Of a DNA stretch of 64,000 bases, positions 48,019 to 57,277 are shown piece after piece (the first letter of the stretch is position 1; every line of letters begins with the position of its first letter). Both the position numbers and the translations under genes were made by a program. The stretch comes from an uncultured delta proteobacterium. Its GTDB lineage: Bacteria > Desulfobacterota > Binatia > Binatales > Binataceae. Below the pieces are notes generated by a model. That model did not search any database and was not told the DNA's origin. It worked only from the letters and a program-made list of their open reading frames with translations. The stretch covers positions 1,856,001-1,920,000 of the forward strand of contig CAVXXK010000001.1 of the NCBI GenBank assembly GCA_963765675.1, read 5' to 3'.

Positions 48019-48492
48019 ATGAGTATTCACGCTAATCTGGGTTCGAGCGAAGAGCGCGCCCTGATGGCGCTGGCGATAGATGAAGCTAAAACCGCCGGTT
48101 CCGAGGGCGAGGTTCCCATCGGTGCGGTCGTATGCGTCGCCGGAGAAGTTGTGGCGCTCGGGCATAACCGCCCGATTTCGTTGAACGATCCGACCGGACA
48201 CGCCGAGATCCTCGCGATTCGAGAGGCTGCCCGCGCACTTGGCGTCTACCGCCTGACCGAGGCCGCGCTATACGTCACGCTCGAGCCGTGCGTGATGTGC
48301 GTCGGGGCGATCATCGCGGCGCGGCTCGCGAAGGTCGTCTATGGCGCCCGCGACGAAAAGGCCGGCGCGCTCGGCTCGGTATACGACATCGGCCGCGACG
48401 GCCGCCTGAACCATCGGATCGAAGTGCACGGCGGCATAATGGCCGACGAGTGCGCGGCAATCCTGCGCGACTTCTTCAAGAGCCGCCGCTGA
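48019..48492 (+). CDS. tadA: tRNA adenosine(34) deaminase
   Basis: GEVPIGAV, DPTGHAEI, VTLEPCVMC, FFKSRR. Confidence 0.94.
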   Translation: MSIHANLGSSEERALMALAIDEAKTAGSEGEVPIGAVVCVAGEVVALGHNRPISLNDPTGHAEILAIREAARALGVYRLTEAALYVTLEPCVMCVGAIIAARLAKVVYGARDEKAGALGSVYDIGRDGRLNHRIEVHGGIMADECAAILRDFFKSRR

Positions 48493-48519
48493 GAGCAGAC
48501 GCGGGGAAAAAGGGGGACG

Positions 48520-48858
48520 ATGGGCAATTTCAGATTTTATCGGCGGATGCGAATCTTCCCGGGGCTGTCGGTCAATCTCTCGAAGTCGGGGCCGAGCCTG
48601 ACCGTCGGGATGCGCGGCGCGCACGTGACGGTCGGATCGCGCGGGGTGCGCAAGACGGTCGGAATTCCCGGCACTGGAATCTACTACACCTCGCATAGCG
48701 GCTATCACTCGGGAGTTCATTCGGCGCACGTCGAGGGTCCGATCTCAGCGCAGCAGCAGGCCGCCGCGCACGGAGCCGGCGCAGGTATCGCGATCGTGAT
48801 CATTCTCGGCCTGGTGCTGCTGATAGGAATCGCGATCGGCTCAGCGATGGGACATTAG
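48520..48858 (+). CDS. DUF4236 domain protein
   Basis: FRFYRRMRIFPGLSVNLSKSG.S…TVGIPGTGIYY; C-terminal TM helix. Confidence 0.85.
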   Translation: MGNFRFYRRMRIFPGLSVNLSKSGPSLTVGMRGAHVTVGSRGVRKTVGIPGTGIYYTSHSGYHSGVHSAHVEGPISAQQQAAAHGAGAGIAIVIILGLVLLIGIAIGSAMGH

Positions 48859-48863
48859 AGAGC

Positions 48864-49015
48864 CTGGACAATGTCGGCTGGGGGCTTTTGGCGTATACGG
48901 CGGAACGATACCGACTCCGCGGGTCGACAAGTTGGCCAGCGAAGGCATCCGCTTCAACAACTACAACGTCGAGGTTCAGTGCACGCCGACGCGCTCGGCC
49001 ATAATGTCCGGGCGT
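48864..49015 (+). pseudogene. Arylsulfatase N-terminal fragment
   Basis: About 150 bp paralogous to 50304-50455 (DNVGW..FGVYGGT.PTPRVDKLASEGIRFNNYNVE.QCTPTRSAIM.G); frameshifted, no start, truncated. Confidence 0.85.
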
Positions 49016-49034
49016 CATCGGGCTCGCCAGACGG

Positions 49035-50033
49035 TTACATCGCGTCAAGCGGGTTTTCCTTGTTCGCGCCGAAGCTGACTACCAGCTTGAACCACACGGT
49101 GTTGCCGCTGAGCCGATTCGTTACGCCGATTTCCGGCAGCCATTTGGCTTCGGCGGCCAAATCCAAGCCGCCAACGCTGTAGGCATACGAGATTTCGGGG
49201 CCGATGCCCGCAGTCATGCCCTCGAAGCCACCGAGCCGCGCGCCGCTGCCACCGTCGCCGGTGATTTGCTGATAGAAAAATCCATTGGCGCCGGCGCCGA
49301 TGAATCCCCCGAACAACGGCAGATGCTCGGCCAACGTGCCGTCGAGGTAAAACTGATCACCAGTCTGGTAGTTGGTCGTGCCGTTCTCGGTGTTGAAGTC
49401 GAAGCCAGTGAATGCCGTCAGCTCGAAGCCGTACTTGCTGCTGAGGTAACTGGCTGCCGCGCCCGGCTCGAAGGTCCAGTAGTTCTTGCCGACGTTCGCA
49501 AGGGCGTCTTTTTTGAAGTCGCCCGTGGGCGCGTAGATCCCGAATGTCCCCTGCCACTTTAGGTCACCTTTGATCCAACCGAACGTCAAAGGCAGGATTT
49601 CAATGTCTCCGAACCCGTTGTCCGTACCCCGCGCCTGGCGGCCAAGAGTTAAACGTTTAAGATTAAGGACCGCGTTTGCCTTCACGTCCAACCATACATA
49701 AGGGACCGCCACCGCGGCTCCATACTGCCCGCCCAACAAGGTCCACGGGGCCTGATAGAGGAAGATGGAAGTGTCGGCGTAGACTGTGCTTTTGATGTTG
49801 GCAGCGACCTGTCCTCCCAGTTGGAGGTCGCGCGACGCGCCCGCCGACCCGTGGTAGTAGAGGAACGCGTTTGCGTAGACAAATGTGGATGTCCCCCGGT
49901 CGGGGAGCATGTCGATGAATGAAGCGGTCGTTCCTGGCTGATAGTGACCGCTGCCGCCTTCTTCCGCGCACGCAAATCCGCAGAACATTGCAGCCGATGT
50001 CATAATCAGAAAAACAATCGTGCACAGGTTCAC
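49035..50033 (-). CDS. SphA/MetA-pathway-type outer-membrane transporter
   Basis: EEGGSGHY, GFGDI, IYAPTGDF..LANVGKNYW, GFFYQQITGD.G.GA. Confidence 0.85.
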   Translation of the reverse strand: MNLCTIVFLIMTSAAMFCGFACAEEGGSGHYQPGTTASFIDMLPDRGTSTFVYANAFLYYHGSAGASRDLQLGGQVAANIKSTVYADTSIFLYQAPWTLLGGQYGAAVAVPYVWLDVKANAVLNLKRLTLGRQARGTDNGFGDIEILPLTFGWIKGDLKWQGTFGIYAPTGDFKKDALANVGKNYWTFEPGAAASYLSSKYGFELTAFTGFDFNTENGTTNYQTGDQFYLDGTLAEHLPLFGGFIGAGANGFFYQQITGDGGSGARLGGFEGMTAGIGPEISYAYSVGGLDLAAEAKWLPEIGVTNRLSGNTVWFKLVVSFGANKENPLDAM

Positions 50034-50172
50034 TTTTTATCCCCTCCGCGTCGGCCGCAGGAAAAATCGTAAGATTGTACATCGGCTTGGAAAACGGCGG
50101 ATGAGCCTCAGCGATGGAAGATTGCTGCCCGAACGAATAAGTTCTCCGCTCAAAGCACCTCTGGAGAATCGT

Positions 50173-51651
50173 ATGACGCAAGGAACCATTAGACGGAGCG
50201 CCGCGCTACAGATAATCGGCTGCGCGGTGCTCGGTTTGGCGATGTTAGCTGCCGTGCCGGTGTCGGCAGCGGAACAAAAGCCCAACATCGTTTTCATCCT
50301 GGTGGACAACGTCGGGTGGGGCGCTTTTGGCGTATACGGCGGGACGGTACCCACTCCGCGAATCGACAAGTTGGCTAGTGAAGGCATCCGCTTCAATAAC
50401 TATAACGTCGAGGCTCAGTGCACGCCGACCCGCTCGGCCATCATGACTGGGCGGTATTCGGTACGCTCGGGCACCTACAAGGTCCCTTTTCCCGGGGAGG
50501 GGCTGGGTGGGATGGCGCCTTGGGAATACACGATCGCCGAACTCCTCTCCGACACCGGCTACGCCACCGCGTTATACGGCAAGTGGCATTTGGGCGATAC
50601 CCAAGGCCGGCTTCCAAACGACCAAGGCTTCGATGAGTGGTGGGGTGTCAAGAACACCTGGGACGAGGCGGGCTATACGGCGTGGCCGCTGTTCAAGGAA
50701 AGCGGCCAGCCGGTGCCAATGCTCTGGGAAGGAAAAAAAGGCGAGCCGTCCAAGCCGGTGATGCCGCTTGATCTCAAAGTGCGCGCCATCGTGGATGGAC
50801 AGTACATCATCCCGAAGACCGTCGAGTTCATCAAACGCAATGCGGCCGCGAAAAAGCCCTTCTTCGTCTACGTGGGTTACTCCGAGATGCATCCGCCCAT
50901 CATCGGCAACCCGGACTTCGTCGGCAAGTCCACCCAGCGCGGCGGCCTGTACGCCGATGTCATCGGCGAGATGGACTACCGCGTCGGTCAAGTCGTGGAC
51001 GCCATCAAGGACGCGGGTATCGAGGACAACACCATCGTGATTCTGAGCAGCGACAACGCGAGCGGCGGCGCGATTCCGCAGCTCGGGGGAAGTACCAATG
51101 GACCGTGGCGAGGTGATTTCACGAACACGCCGTTCGAGGGAAGCATGCGTGTGCCTGCGATGATCCGTTGGCCGGGTAAGGTCCCTGCCGACGTCGTTAC
51201 GAATGAGATGCTTGCCGCGGTGGATTGGCTGCCCACGCTCGCCGGAATGGTGGGTGCGTCGAAATTGGTGCCCAAGGATCGACCGATCGACGGCGTCGAT
51301 GCTTCAGCCTTCATGCTGGGGAAGAGCAATACGACCGGCCGCGACAGCTACATGTTCTTCGGCATCGACGGCCAGCTGATGTCGATCAAGTGGAAGATCT
51401 ACAAGACGATCTTCCGCTACACAGATAATACACTGTCTCCCGCCATCCAGAGTTCCTACATCCAGCCGCAGTTCCCCATGATGTACGACCTGAGCAGCGA
51501 TCCGCACGAGGACAACAACCTTACCTACACTGATCTGACCAACGGTTGGATATTTGGTCCGGATTTCAAGCTCATCGGAGAATATCAACGGAGCCTTAAG
51601 AAATACCCCAACATCAAGGTAGGTGAGGATTTCAAGGGCTATGCGAGATGA
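50173..51651 (+). CDS. Exported arylsulfatase (formylglycine-dependent)
   Basis: KPNIVFILVDN, CTPTRSAIMTGR (CxPxR), GKWHLG, SSDN; signal peptide. Confidence 0.94.
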   Translation: MTQGTIRRSAALQIIGCAVLGLAMLAAVPVSAAEQKPNIVFILVDNVGWGAFGVYGGTVPTPRIDKLASEGIRFNNYNVEAQCTPTRSAIMTGRYSVRSGTYKVPFPGEGLGGMAPWEYTIAELLSDTGYATALYGKWHLGDTQGRLPNDQGFDEWWGVKNTWDEAGYTAWPLFKESGQPVPMLWEGKKGEPSKPVMPLDLKVRAIVDGQYIIPKTVEFIKRNAAAKKPFFVYVGYSEMHPPIIGNPDFVGKSTQRGGLYADVIGEMDYRVGQVVDAIKDAGIEDNTIVILSSDNASGGAIPQLGGSTNGPWRGDFTNTPFEGSMRVPAMIRWPGKVPADVVTNEMLAAVDWLPTLAGMVGASKLVPKDRPIDGVDASAFMLGKSNTTGRDSYMFFGIDGQLMSIKWKIYKTIFRYTDNTLSPAIQSSYIQPQFPMMYDLSSDPHEDNNLTYTDLTNGWIFGPDFKLIGEYQRSLKKYPNIKVGEDFKGYAR

Positions 51652-51678
51652 ATTACGAAATCGGCATGACCGCGCCAT

Positions 51679-52326
51679 TCAACGGGATTGAGGCGCTAAC
51701 ATCGCAATCGCGAGATTCACAAGCTCTTCAATGCGGCCGTGTCCGAATCGCGCCGGTTCAACGGGAAACATCATAGCCCAACCGTCGGCCAACGCACTGA
51801 TTTGATCGGCGAGCAAATCCGCCCGAAAATCCCGCCGTACAACTCCTTCCGCTTGCCCCTTTTCGAGCAGGGCTGCAAGCTTGCGCCGGAATTGCGCATA
51901 GCGTCTCTGGATGACGGCGGCGAGTGCTGGGTCGGTACCGGCGTGGACCAAAAGCTGGAGACTGACAAGCCATGCGTCCCCTTGGTCGGACTTTGTCCAG
52001 AAAATGAAATGGTCGAAAATGGCCCGAATATCGTTGACCGAAGCGCTATTTAGCCACTCATCAAATTCATCGAACAAGGCTTCTGCGACGGCAACGACCA
52101 TGGCTTCCTTGTTCGCAAAATAATATGTGACCGCTCCCGTTGTGAAGCCGGCGCGCTTCGCTACCTTGCGGAGTGACGCGCCAGCGTATCCCTCGCGAGC
52201 AATCACGTGTCGTGCCGCCGCGAGCAATTCGCCGTTCCTGGCTTGACGATCGCCGACGGGCCGCCCTCTTTTTCGGCCGCGTATCCGGGGCAGAGCTGTC
52301 GAAGTGCGTAGAGTTCGCTGCCGCAT
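51679..52326 (-). CDS. TetR/AcrR (BetI-like) transcriptional regulator
   Basis: LLAAARHVIAREGYAGASLRKVAKRAGFTTGAVTYYFANKE HTH. Confidence 0.92.
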   Translation of the reverse strand: MRQRTLRTSTALPRIRGRKRGRPVGDRQARNGELLAAARHVIAREGYAGASLRKVAKRAGFTTGAVTYYFANKEAMVVAVAEALFDEFDEWLNSASVNDIRAIFDHFIFWTKSDQGDAWLVSLQLLVHAGTDPALAAVIQRRYAQFRRKLAALLEKGQAEGVVRRDFRADLLADQISALADGWAMMFPVEPARFGHGRIEELVNLAIAMLAPQSR

Positions 52327-52350
52327 GCGTTTCAAAATATATTTTTTTCT

Positions 52351-52375
52351 TTTACATAACAAGTGTTGTGTTAAA
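52351..52375. promoter_or_regulatory. Candidate TetR operator
   Basis: Imperfect palindrome TTTACATAACA-AG-TGTTGTGTTAAA in an AT-rich divergent intergenic region. Confidence 0.55.
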
Positions 52376-52423
52376 TCGCCGGCCATGCTATTTGTGCTTC
52401 ATCATCGATAAGGAGAACCGACA

Positions 52424-53257
52424 ATGGATACATCCAAACAAAAGTCGCTGGCCGGGGACGGAGCCGTCCTGATTGAAGGATTTCTCAACTCCGACCAGCT
52501 GGCCAGATGCAGAACCGTCTTTGATTGGTGCGTCGAGAATCCCGGTCCTTTCGCAGTTACCCTTTTTCCTGGAACCGAAAAACAGACACACAATGACAAC
52601 GCCAATCCGCGCGCCACGCAAAGACTTAATGAACTGGTATCGTCGATTCCGTTTGGTGAGTTGTTCGCCAATCTCTGGGGCTCGGCAAATGTCTGGTACT
52701 TCGCGGAAGAAGTGTTTCTGAAGAGCGGGGGAAAAGGTGGCCGCACACCCTGGCATCAGGACACGTCGTATCTTCCGTGGGCCGGAATGCATTGGGCGAA
52801 TGCCTGGATCAGCTTTGAAGGCGTCCCCAAGCCTAACTCACTTGAGATGATTAGAGGCTCACATCGGGGCATCCAATACGACGGCACTAGCTTCGCCGAT
52901 CCGAACGACCCCACCGCGCCGTTGCATGGTGGAACCGCTTTGCCGCGGCTTCCCGACATCGAGGCGAAGCGGAAAGAAGACCCGAAAGCCTATGACATTC
53001 TCTCCTGGGCTACTCAGCCGGGAGACATAGTAGTTATGCATCCCGGAACGCTGCACGGCGGAGCGCCGGTCGACACGAATTTCAGGGAGCGCCACACCTT
53101 GGTGTTGCGCTTTTTCGGTGACGACGCCACATTCCGCTCCCTCCCGAGCCACAGCGATAGCATGTACACACCGGCGGGGGTGCTTTTTCTCGACCAGATC
53201 GGACATTTGAAGGATGGAGAGCCATTTCGTTCACCCTTCTTTACGAAGCTTAAGTGA
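52424..53257 (+). CDS. PhyH-family Fe(II)/2OG dioxygenase
   Basis: TPWHQD, IRGSH, PGDIVVMH..TLHGG, R..LVLRF. Confidence 0.88.
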   Translation: MDTSKQKSLAGDGAVLIEGFLNSDQLARCRTVFDWCVENPGPFAVTLFPGTEKQTHNDNANPRATQRLNELVSSIPFGELFANLWGSANVWYFAEEVFLKSGGKGGRTPWHQDTSYLPWAGMHWANAWISFEGVPKPNSLEMIRGSHRGIQYDGTSFADPNDPTAPLHGGTALPRLPDIEAKRKEDPKAYDILSWATQPGDIVVMHPGTLHGGAPVDTNFRERHTLVLRFFGDDATFRSLPSHSDSMYTPAGVLFLDQIGHLKDGEPFRSPFFTKLK

Positions 53258-53336
53258 CCACCTCAACGGCGCACCCCTCGGACATGATCCTCGATCCGCT
53301 TTGGGCCGAAGCAAGCAGCAAGGAGACGTTTTTCAA

Positions 53337-53738
53337 ATGAAGCGAGTTCTAGTCAATCCCAAAGAAACCCAACCGATGTACGATGCCTTCCATTTTTCGC
53401 AAGCGAATCGGGTGGGCGATACAATCTGGGTTTCAGGACAAGTCGGCGTCGACAGCAACTTGTCGCCCGCGAGCGGAATGGCGGCGCAGGCGCGGCTCGC
53501 CTTCGAGCGACTGAAACGGACATTGGCCGAAACCGACGCGTCGCTTGAGGATGTTGTCGAGCTGACCACATTTCATATCGATTTGCGCGGAGAGATGGAC
53601 GAGTTCGCCAAGGTCAAGGACGAGTTCTTCCCGCGCGATTACCCTGCGTGGACCGCGGTGGGTGTGACCCAGCTTGCTCTTCCGGAGTTGCGCGTCGAAA
53701 TTCGAGCGGTCGCGGTAGCAGGGTCCGGAAAGGAGTGA
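53337..53738 (+). CDS. RidA/YjgF family protein
   Basis: FSQANRVGDTIWVSGQVG, YPAWTAVGVTQLA..LRVEI. Confidence 0.9.
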   Translation: MKRVLVNPKETQPMYDAFHFSQANRVGDTIWVSGQVGVDSNLSPASGMAAQARLAFERLKRTLAETDASLEDVVELTTFHIDLRGEMDEFAKVKDEFFPRDYPAWTAVGVTQLALPELRVEIRAVAVAGSGKE

Positions 53739-53842
53739 CAATCGAATGCCCCCGCGGAGAGCCGATCATCTGCCGCGCCGTTCAGCCTGATAAAAGCGAG
53801 CGGCCGGCTCCTGCGGCAATTCAGTGGAGAGGAATAATCTAA

Positions 53843-55198
53843 GTGTCAACTATGCTCTACGGACAAAACGGATCCGCTGGCGTCAGCGGTTGGCTGACAT
53901 CTGCACCGGAGCGGCGACCGTCATTGCAAGGAGACCTTCGGGCGGACGTTGTAATCGTCGGCGGAGGGTACAACGGCCTTTCAACCGCGCTCGAGCTACG
54001 AGCTCGCGGGATCGATGCCGTCGTGCTGGAACGGAATTTTGCCGGTTCCGGAGCCAGCGGGCGCAACGCCGGCTATCTGGCGGGCGCACTGGGTTTGGAG
54101 TTCGACCTGATAATCCGGCGGCTCGGACGCGAACGAGCTGCGGCGCTGGTTGGCTTTTACGACCAAGCAGTTCGACACGTCGAGAAGCTTCTCCCCCAGC
54201 ATCGGATTGACTGCGATTACGAACCGACCGGGCTCCTCATCGCCAGTGTTCATCCCAATCAAGAAGCTCGCGTCCGACATCAGGCTGAAATCGGGCGTGA
54301 GCTCGGCACAGCAGCCCGATTCCTTGGGCAGGACGAAATGCGTGAGCGCGGGCTCCCGCCAGCTTTTTTGTGCGGCGCGCTCAGTGAAATAGGTGGAACG
54401 CTTGACCCCGGGAAATATGCGCTCGGGTTACGCAAGGCAGCGATCGATGCCGGCGTGCGCCTGTTCGAAGGTTCATCGGTGCTCGGAATCGACGACGGCG
54501 CACCAATTCGGGTGCACACTCAACATGGATCGGTGACCGCAGATGTGTGCATTCTCGCGACCAATGCCTATGGTCCTGACCTGGGCTTTCTGGCTCGCAC
54601 AGTGCTGCCGATTCAGGTCTCGGCGATCGAGACCGCGCCCATGAGCGGCGAGCAACGCGAGGCGCTGGGTTGGCCAGGCCGCGAAGGTATTGTCACTGCG
54701 CATTTTGCGCTGGAGAGTTTTCGCCTTACCAGGCGCAACACAGTCCTCGTTTCGACTAAACGCCTGAACTACTCGTACGGCAGTTGCGCTCCAGAGGGTC
54801 GTGACGCCGCCGCCTGCGAAGTATTACAGAATATGCTGCGCCAGCGCCTGCCGGTGCTGCACGACATACCCGTCAACGCCCAGTGGTCCGGTTGGGTAAC
54901 CTTCTCGGGCGACACTATTCCGGTCATCGGTGTTGCAGGCGCGCGTCGAAACATATTTTACGCGAGCGGCTGCAGTGGACACGGGGTAGCGACACAGACC
55001 CTGATGGGAGTCCTCCTTGCTGAGCGTGCTCAAGGAAAGGAGCATGAATTGGAGTCCGTGTTCCGACGCAAAGTTCCGAAGCTGCCGCCGGAACCACTTC
55101 GCTGGGCGGTTTGCAAAGTACTGCTCTCCGCCGCAAACTTTCTGGATGCTCGAACAGATCGCAAGGTCTCGCGCGCTCAAAAGTCGCCAAGAAGCTAG
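53843..55198 (+). CDS. FAD-dependent amine/amino-acid oxidoreductase (PuuB/DAO-like)
   Basis: ADVVIVGGGYNGL, GASGRNAG, ATNAY, GCSGHGV. Confidence 0.9.
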   Translation: MSTMLYGQNGSAGVSGWLTSAPERRPSLQGDLRADVVIVGGGYNGLSTALELRARGIDAVVLERNFAGSGASGRNAGYLAGALGLEFDLIIRRLGRERAAALVGFYDQAVRHVEKLLPQHRIDCDYEPTGLLIASVHPNQEARVRHQAEIGRELGTAARFLGQDEMRERGLPPAFLCGALSEIGGTLDPGKYALGLRKAAIDAGVRLFEGSSVLGIDDGAPIRVHTQHGSVTADVCILATNAYGPDLGFLARTVLPIQVSAIETAPMSGEQREALGWPGREGIVTAHFALESFRLTRRNTVLVSTKRLNYSYGSCAPEGRDAAACEVLQNMLRQRLPVLHDIPVNAQWSGWVTFSGDTIPVIGVAGARRNIFYASGCSGHGVATQTLMGVLLAERAQGKEHELESVFRRKVPKLPPEPLRWAVCKVLLSAANFLDARTDRKVSRAQKSPRS

Positions 55199-55334
55199 GG
55201 AAGCTCTGCATAGGTCGGTGGGCAGAGGCGATTGATTAAAATAGTCATGGGAATCGGGTTCAGCGAGAGTGGTTTAGAGGACGCTTGCGCGCACCGCTTC
55301 GCACGCTTATCTACCGTGTGTTAGGTTAATCACA

Positions 55335-56465
55335 ATGAGTACCGCGCAGGATCTCGTGGTCGATTGCGACTCGCACGTGATGGAGCCGCCCGACCTCTGG
55401 CAGAACTATATCGAGCCGCGCTTTCGCGACCGCGCGATCCGGATCGCGATCGATCCCGCCGATGGGATGGAAATGCTGATGATCGATAATCAGCCGATGC
55501 TCAAAGGCGTGCTGGCCGGGTTGGGCGGAGCGAACCTGCCGCGCGAGTCGCTGTTCGTCCCGGGCCAGAAAAAATATCTCGACGGATGCCCTCCGGCGTC
55601 GTACCTGCCCGAGGAGCGCGTACGGATGCTCGACGAATGGGGCGTCAGCGCGGGGGTGGTCTTTCCCACCGTCGGGATTCTATGGGACACTTCCGACGAC
55701 GCGCTGGCGCTCGCCTACACGCGCGCCTACAACAACTGGCTGAATGATTTTGCGCTGCGTGCACGTAATCGCGTGATACCGATCGCGCATATCGCGATCC
55801 AGGAACCGGTCACGGCGCTCGCGGAGCTCAAGCGATGCCTCAAGCTCGGGTTCAAGGGGATTTTTCTCGCGCCCGAAACGATCGGAGGCAGGCGCTTCTC
55901 GCATCCTGATTTCGATCCGATCTGGAGCGAATGCGAAGCCGCCGGAATTCCGGTATGCCTGCACGTGATCGTGCGCTTCAACCGCGCGCCGGGAATCATG
56001 GGCCAGTTCTATCAGCCCGGCGAATTCCGCGCGGTATACGGCTTCGCACTGGGCGGATTTGCGCAGGTGGTGCCGGCCGCGATGACGATGATCGCCGACG
56101 GGTTGTTCGACCGTTTCCCGCGGCTCAAGGTGCTGTGCGTCGAAGCGGGCTGCGGATGGGCTCCGTACATCATGGATCGGATGGACGAGAAGTATGAGCA
56201 TCTGGGATGGACCTTTCCGACCAAGCTTAAACCGTCTGACTATTTCCGCCGCAACATTTGGGTAGTCGCCGAACCGGAAGAGCGGACGATCGGCGCAACG
56301 ATGGAGTTGTTGGGCGAAGAGCGGGTGCTGTGGGGCTCTGACTATCCGCATATCGATTCGACGCTCGCGGCAGCCCGCCTGATTCGCGAAAGCGTAGCGG
56401 AGTTAAGTCCCGAGCGGCGGCGCATGCTTCTCGGGACCAACGCGCGCAATGTGTTTCCTGAGTGA
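55335..56465 (+). CDS. Amidohydrolase_2 family protein
   Basis: DCDSHVMEP, AYNNWL, VCLH, VEAGCGW, WGSDYPHID. Confidence 0.9.
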   Translation: MSTAQDLVVDCDSHVMEPPDLWQNYIEPRFRDRAIRIAIDPADGMEMLMIDNQPMLKGVLAGLGGANLPRESLFVPGQKKYLDGCPPASYLPEERVRMLDEWGVSAGVVFPTVGILWDTSDDALALAYTRAYNNWLNDFALRARNRVIPIAHIAIQEPVTALAELKRCLKLGFKGIFLAPETIGGRRFSHPDFDPIWSECEAAGIPVCLHVIVRFNRAPGIMGQFYQPGEFRAVYGFALGGFAQVVPAAMTMIADGLFDRFPRLKVLCVEAGCGWAPYIMDRMDEKYEHLGWTFPTKLKPSDYFRRNIWVVAEPEERTIGATMELLGEERVLWGSDYPHIDSTLAAARLIRESVAELSPERRRMLLGTNARNVFPE

Positions 56466-56507
56466 TTGAACTCGAGTTCTGAGGTCCGACTGCCGAGGTT
56501 CCAAGAG

Positions 56508-56711
56508 ATGCCGAGTGAGAAGGCCAAGGACAACAAGGCGCTGATGGCGACCTGCGCCGCGTGTGGCAAGCCAGTCTCGACCGAAAGCGCGGTCGCGCTG
56601 ATGGGTGCAGAGGACGGCCGCCGCAAACAATCGGTGGTCTGCGTCACCTGCGCCAACAAAGGCTGGCGCCCCCCGGGCTTTGGCGGTCTATACTCCATCC
56701 GCCCGCACTAA
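56508..56711 (+). CDS. Small CxxC..CxxC (Zn-ribbon-like) protein
   Basis: CAACGK … CVTCA; RBS-like gagg upstream. Confidence 0.6.
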   Translation: MPSEKAKDNKALMATCAACGKPVSTESAVALMGAEDGRRKQSVVCVTCANKGWRPPGFGGLYSIRPH

Positions 56712-56762
56712 GGTCGCAACGTATCGCGCCCAAAGACCGAGCGCGCAGCATCGCGAAGTCTC

Positions 56763-56799
56763 GCAGAGGCCGGGATTTCTCCCTGCCGTCGAAATGACG
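56763..56799. repeat. Family E CGTC-tagged repeat, left flank of the GIY-YIG gene
   Basis: gcagaggccgggatttctccctgccgtcgaaatgacg; inverted copy of 57177-57213 (2 mismatches in 37). Confidence 0.9.
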
Positions 56800-56825
56800 A
56801 ATGGGGGATCGTGGTAGCTCGATAG

Positions 56826-57110
56826 CTAGAGCTGTTCCGCTAAATCGGTCCACTTCGGATTCATCGATTCTATGAGTTTGATCTTTTTTTCGCGGCGCCA
56901 TCGCTTGACCTCCTTCTCGCGCGCGATCGCGTCGAGCGGACCATCGTATTCTTCAAAGTAGACCAGCCGAGTGATGTTGTACTTTGTGGTGAATGCCGCC
57001 GGGCGGCTCTCACGATGCTCCTGCACGCGGCGTAGGAGATCGTTAGTTACTCCGACATACAAAGTCCGCGAAGGACTCGCGAGTATGTAAATAAAGCATC
57101 GCCGCGCCAT
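56826..57110 (-). CDS. Small GIY-YIG nuclease (UPF0213-like)
   Basis: FIYILAS…LYVGVTNDLLRRV.EH, FTTKY, LVYFE, AIAREK, NPKWTDL. Confidence 0.93.
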   Translation of the reverse strand: MARRCFIYILASPSRTLYVGVTNDLLRRVQEHRESRPAAFTTKYNITRLVYFEEYDGPLDAIAREKEVKRWRREKKIKLIESMNPKWTDLAEQL

Positions 57111-57176
57111 CTCCGTCAGCGTAGTGCCTTCACTTTAATTCCGCGAGAAGCCTGCGTCTCTACCCGAGACCCCCTA

Positions 57177-57213
57177 CGTCATTTCGACCGCAGGGAGAAA
57201 TCCCGGGCTCTGC
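57177..57213. repeat. Family E CGTC-tagged repeat, right flank of the GIY-YIG gene
   Basis: cgtcatttcgaccgcagggagaaatcccgggctctgc; its first 26 nt match 26513-26538 with one mismatch. Confidence 0.9.
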
Positions 57214-57277
57214 CAGCTTTCGCACTTCTGAGAACCTGGCCGTGTGCAGTAGCCTCCGTACCTCTCGCCGCGTCGGA

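Noticed and set aside
1515-57213. CRISPR array interpretation of the repeats
   Set aside because: Repeats are dispersed inverted palindromes without regular spacers, and no cas genes are present.
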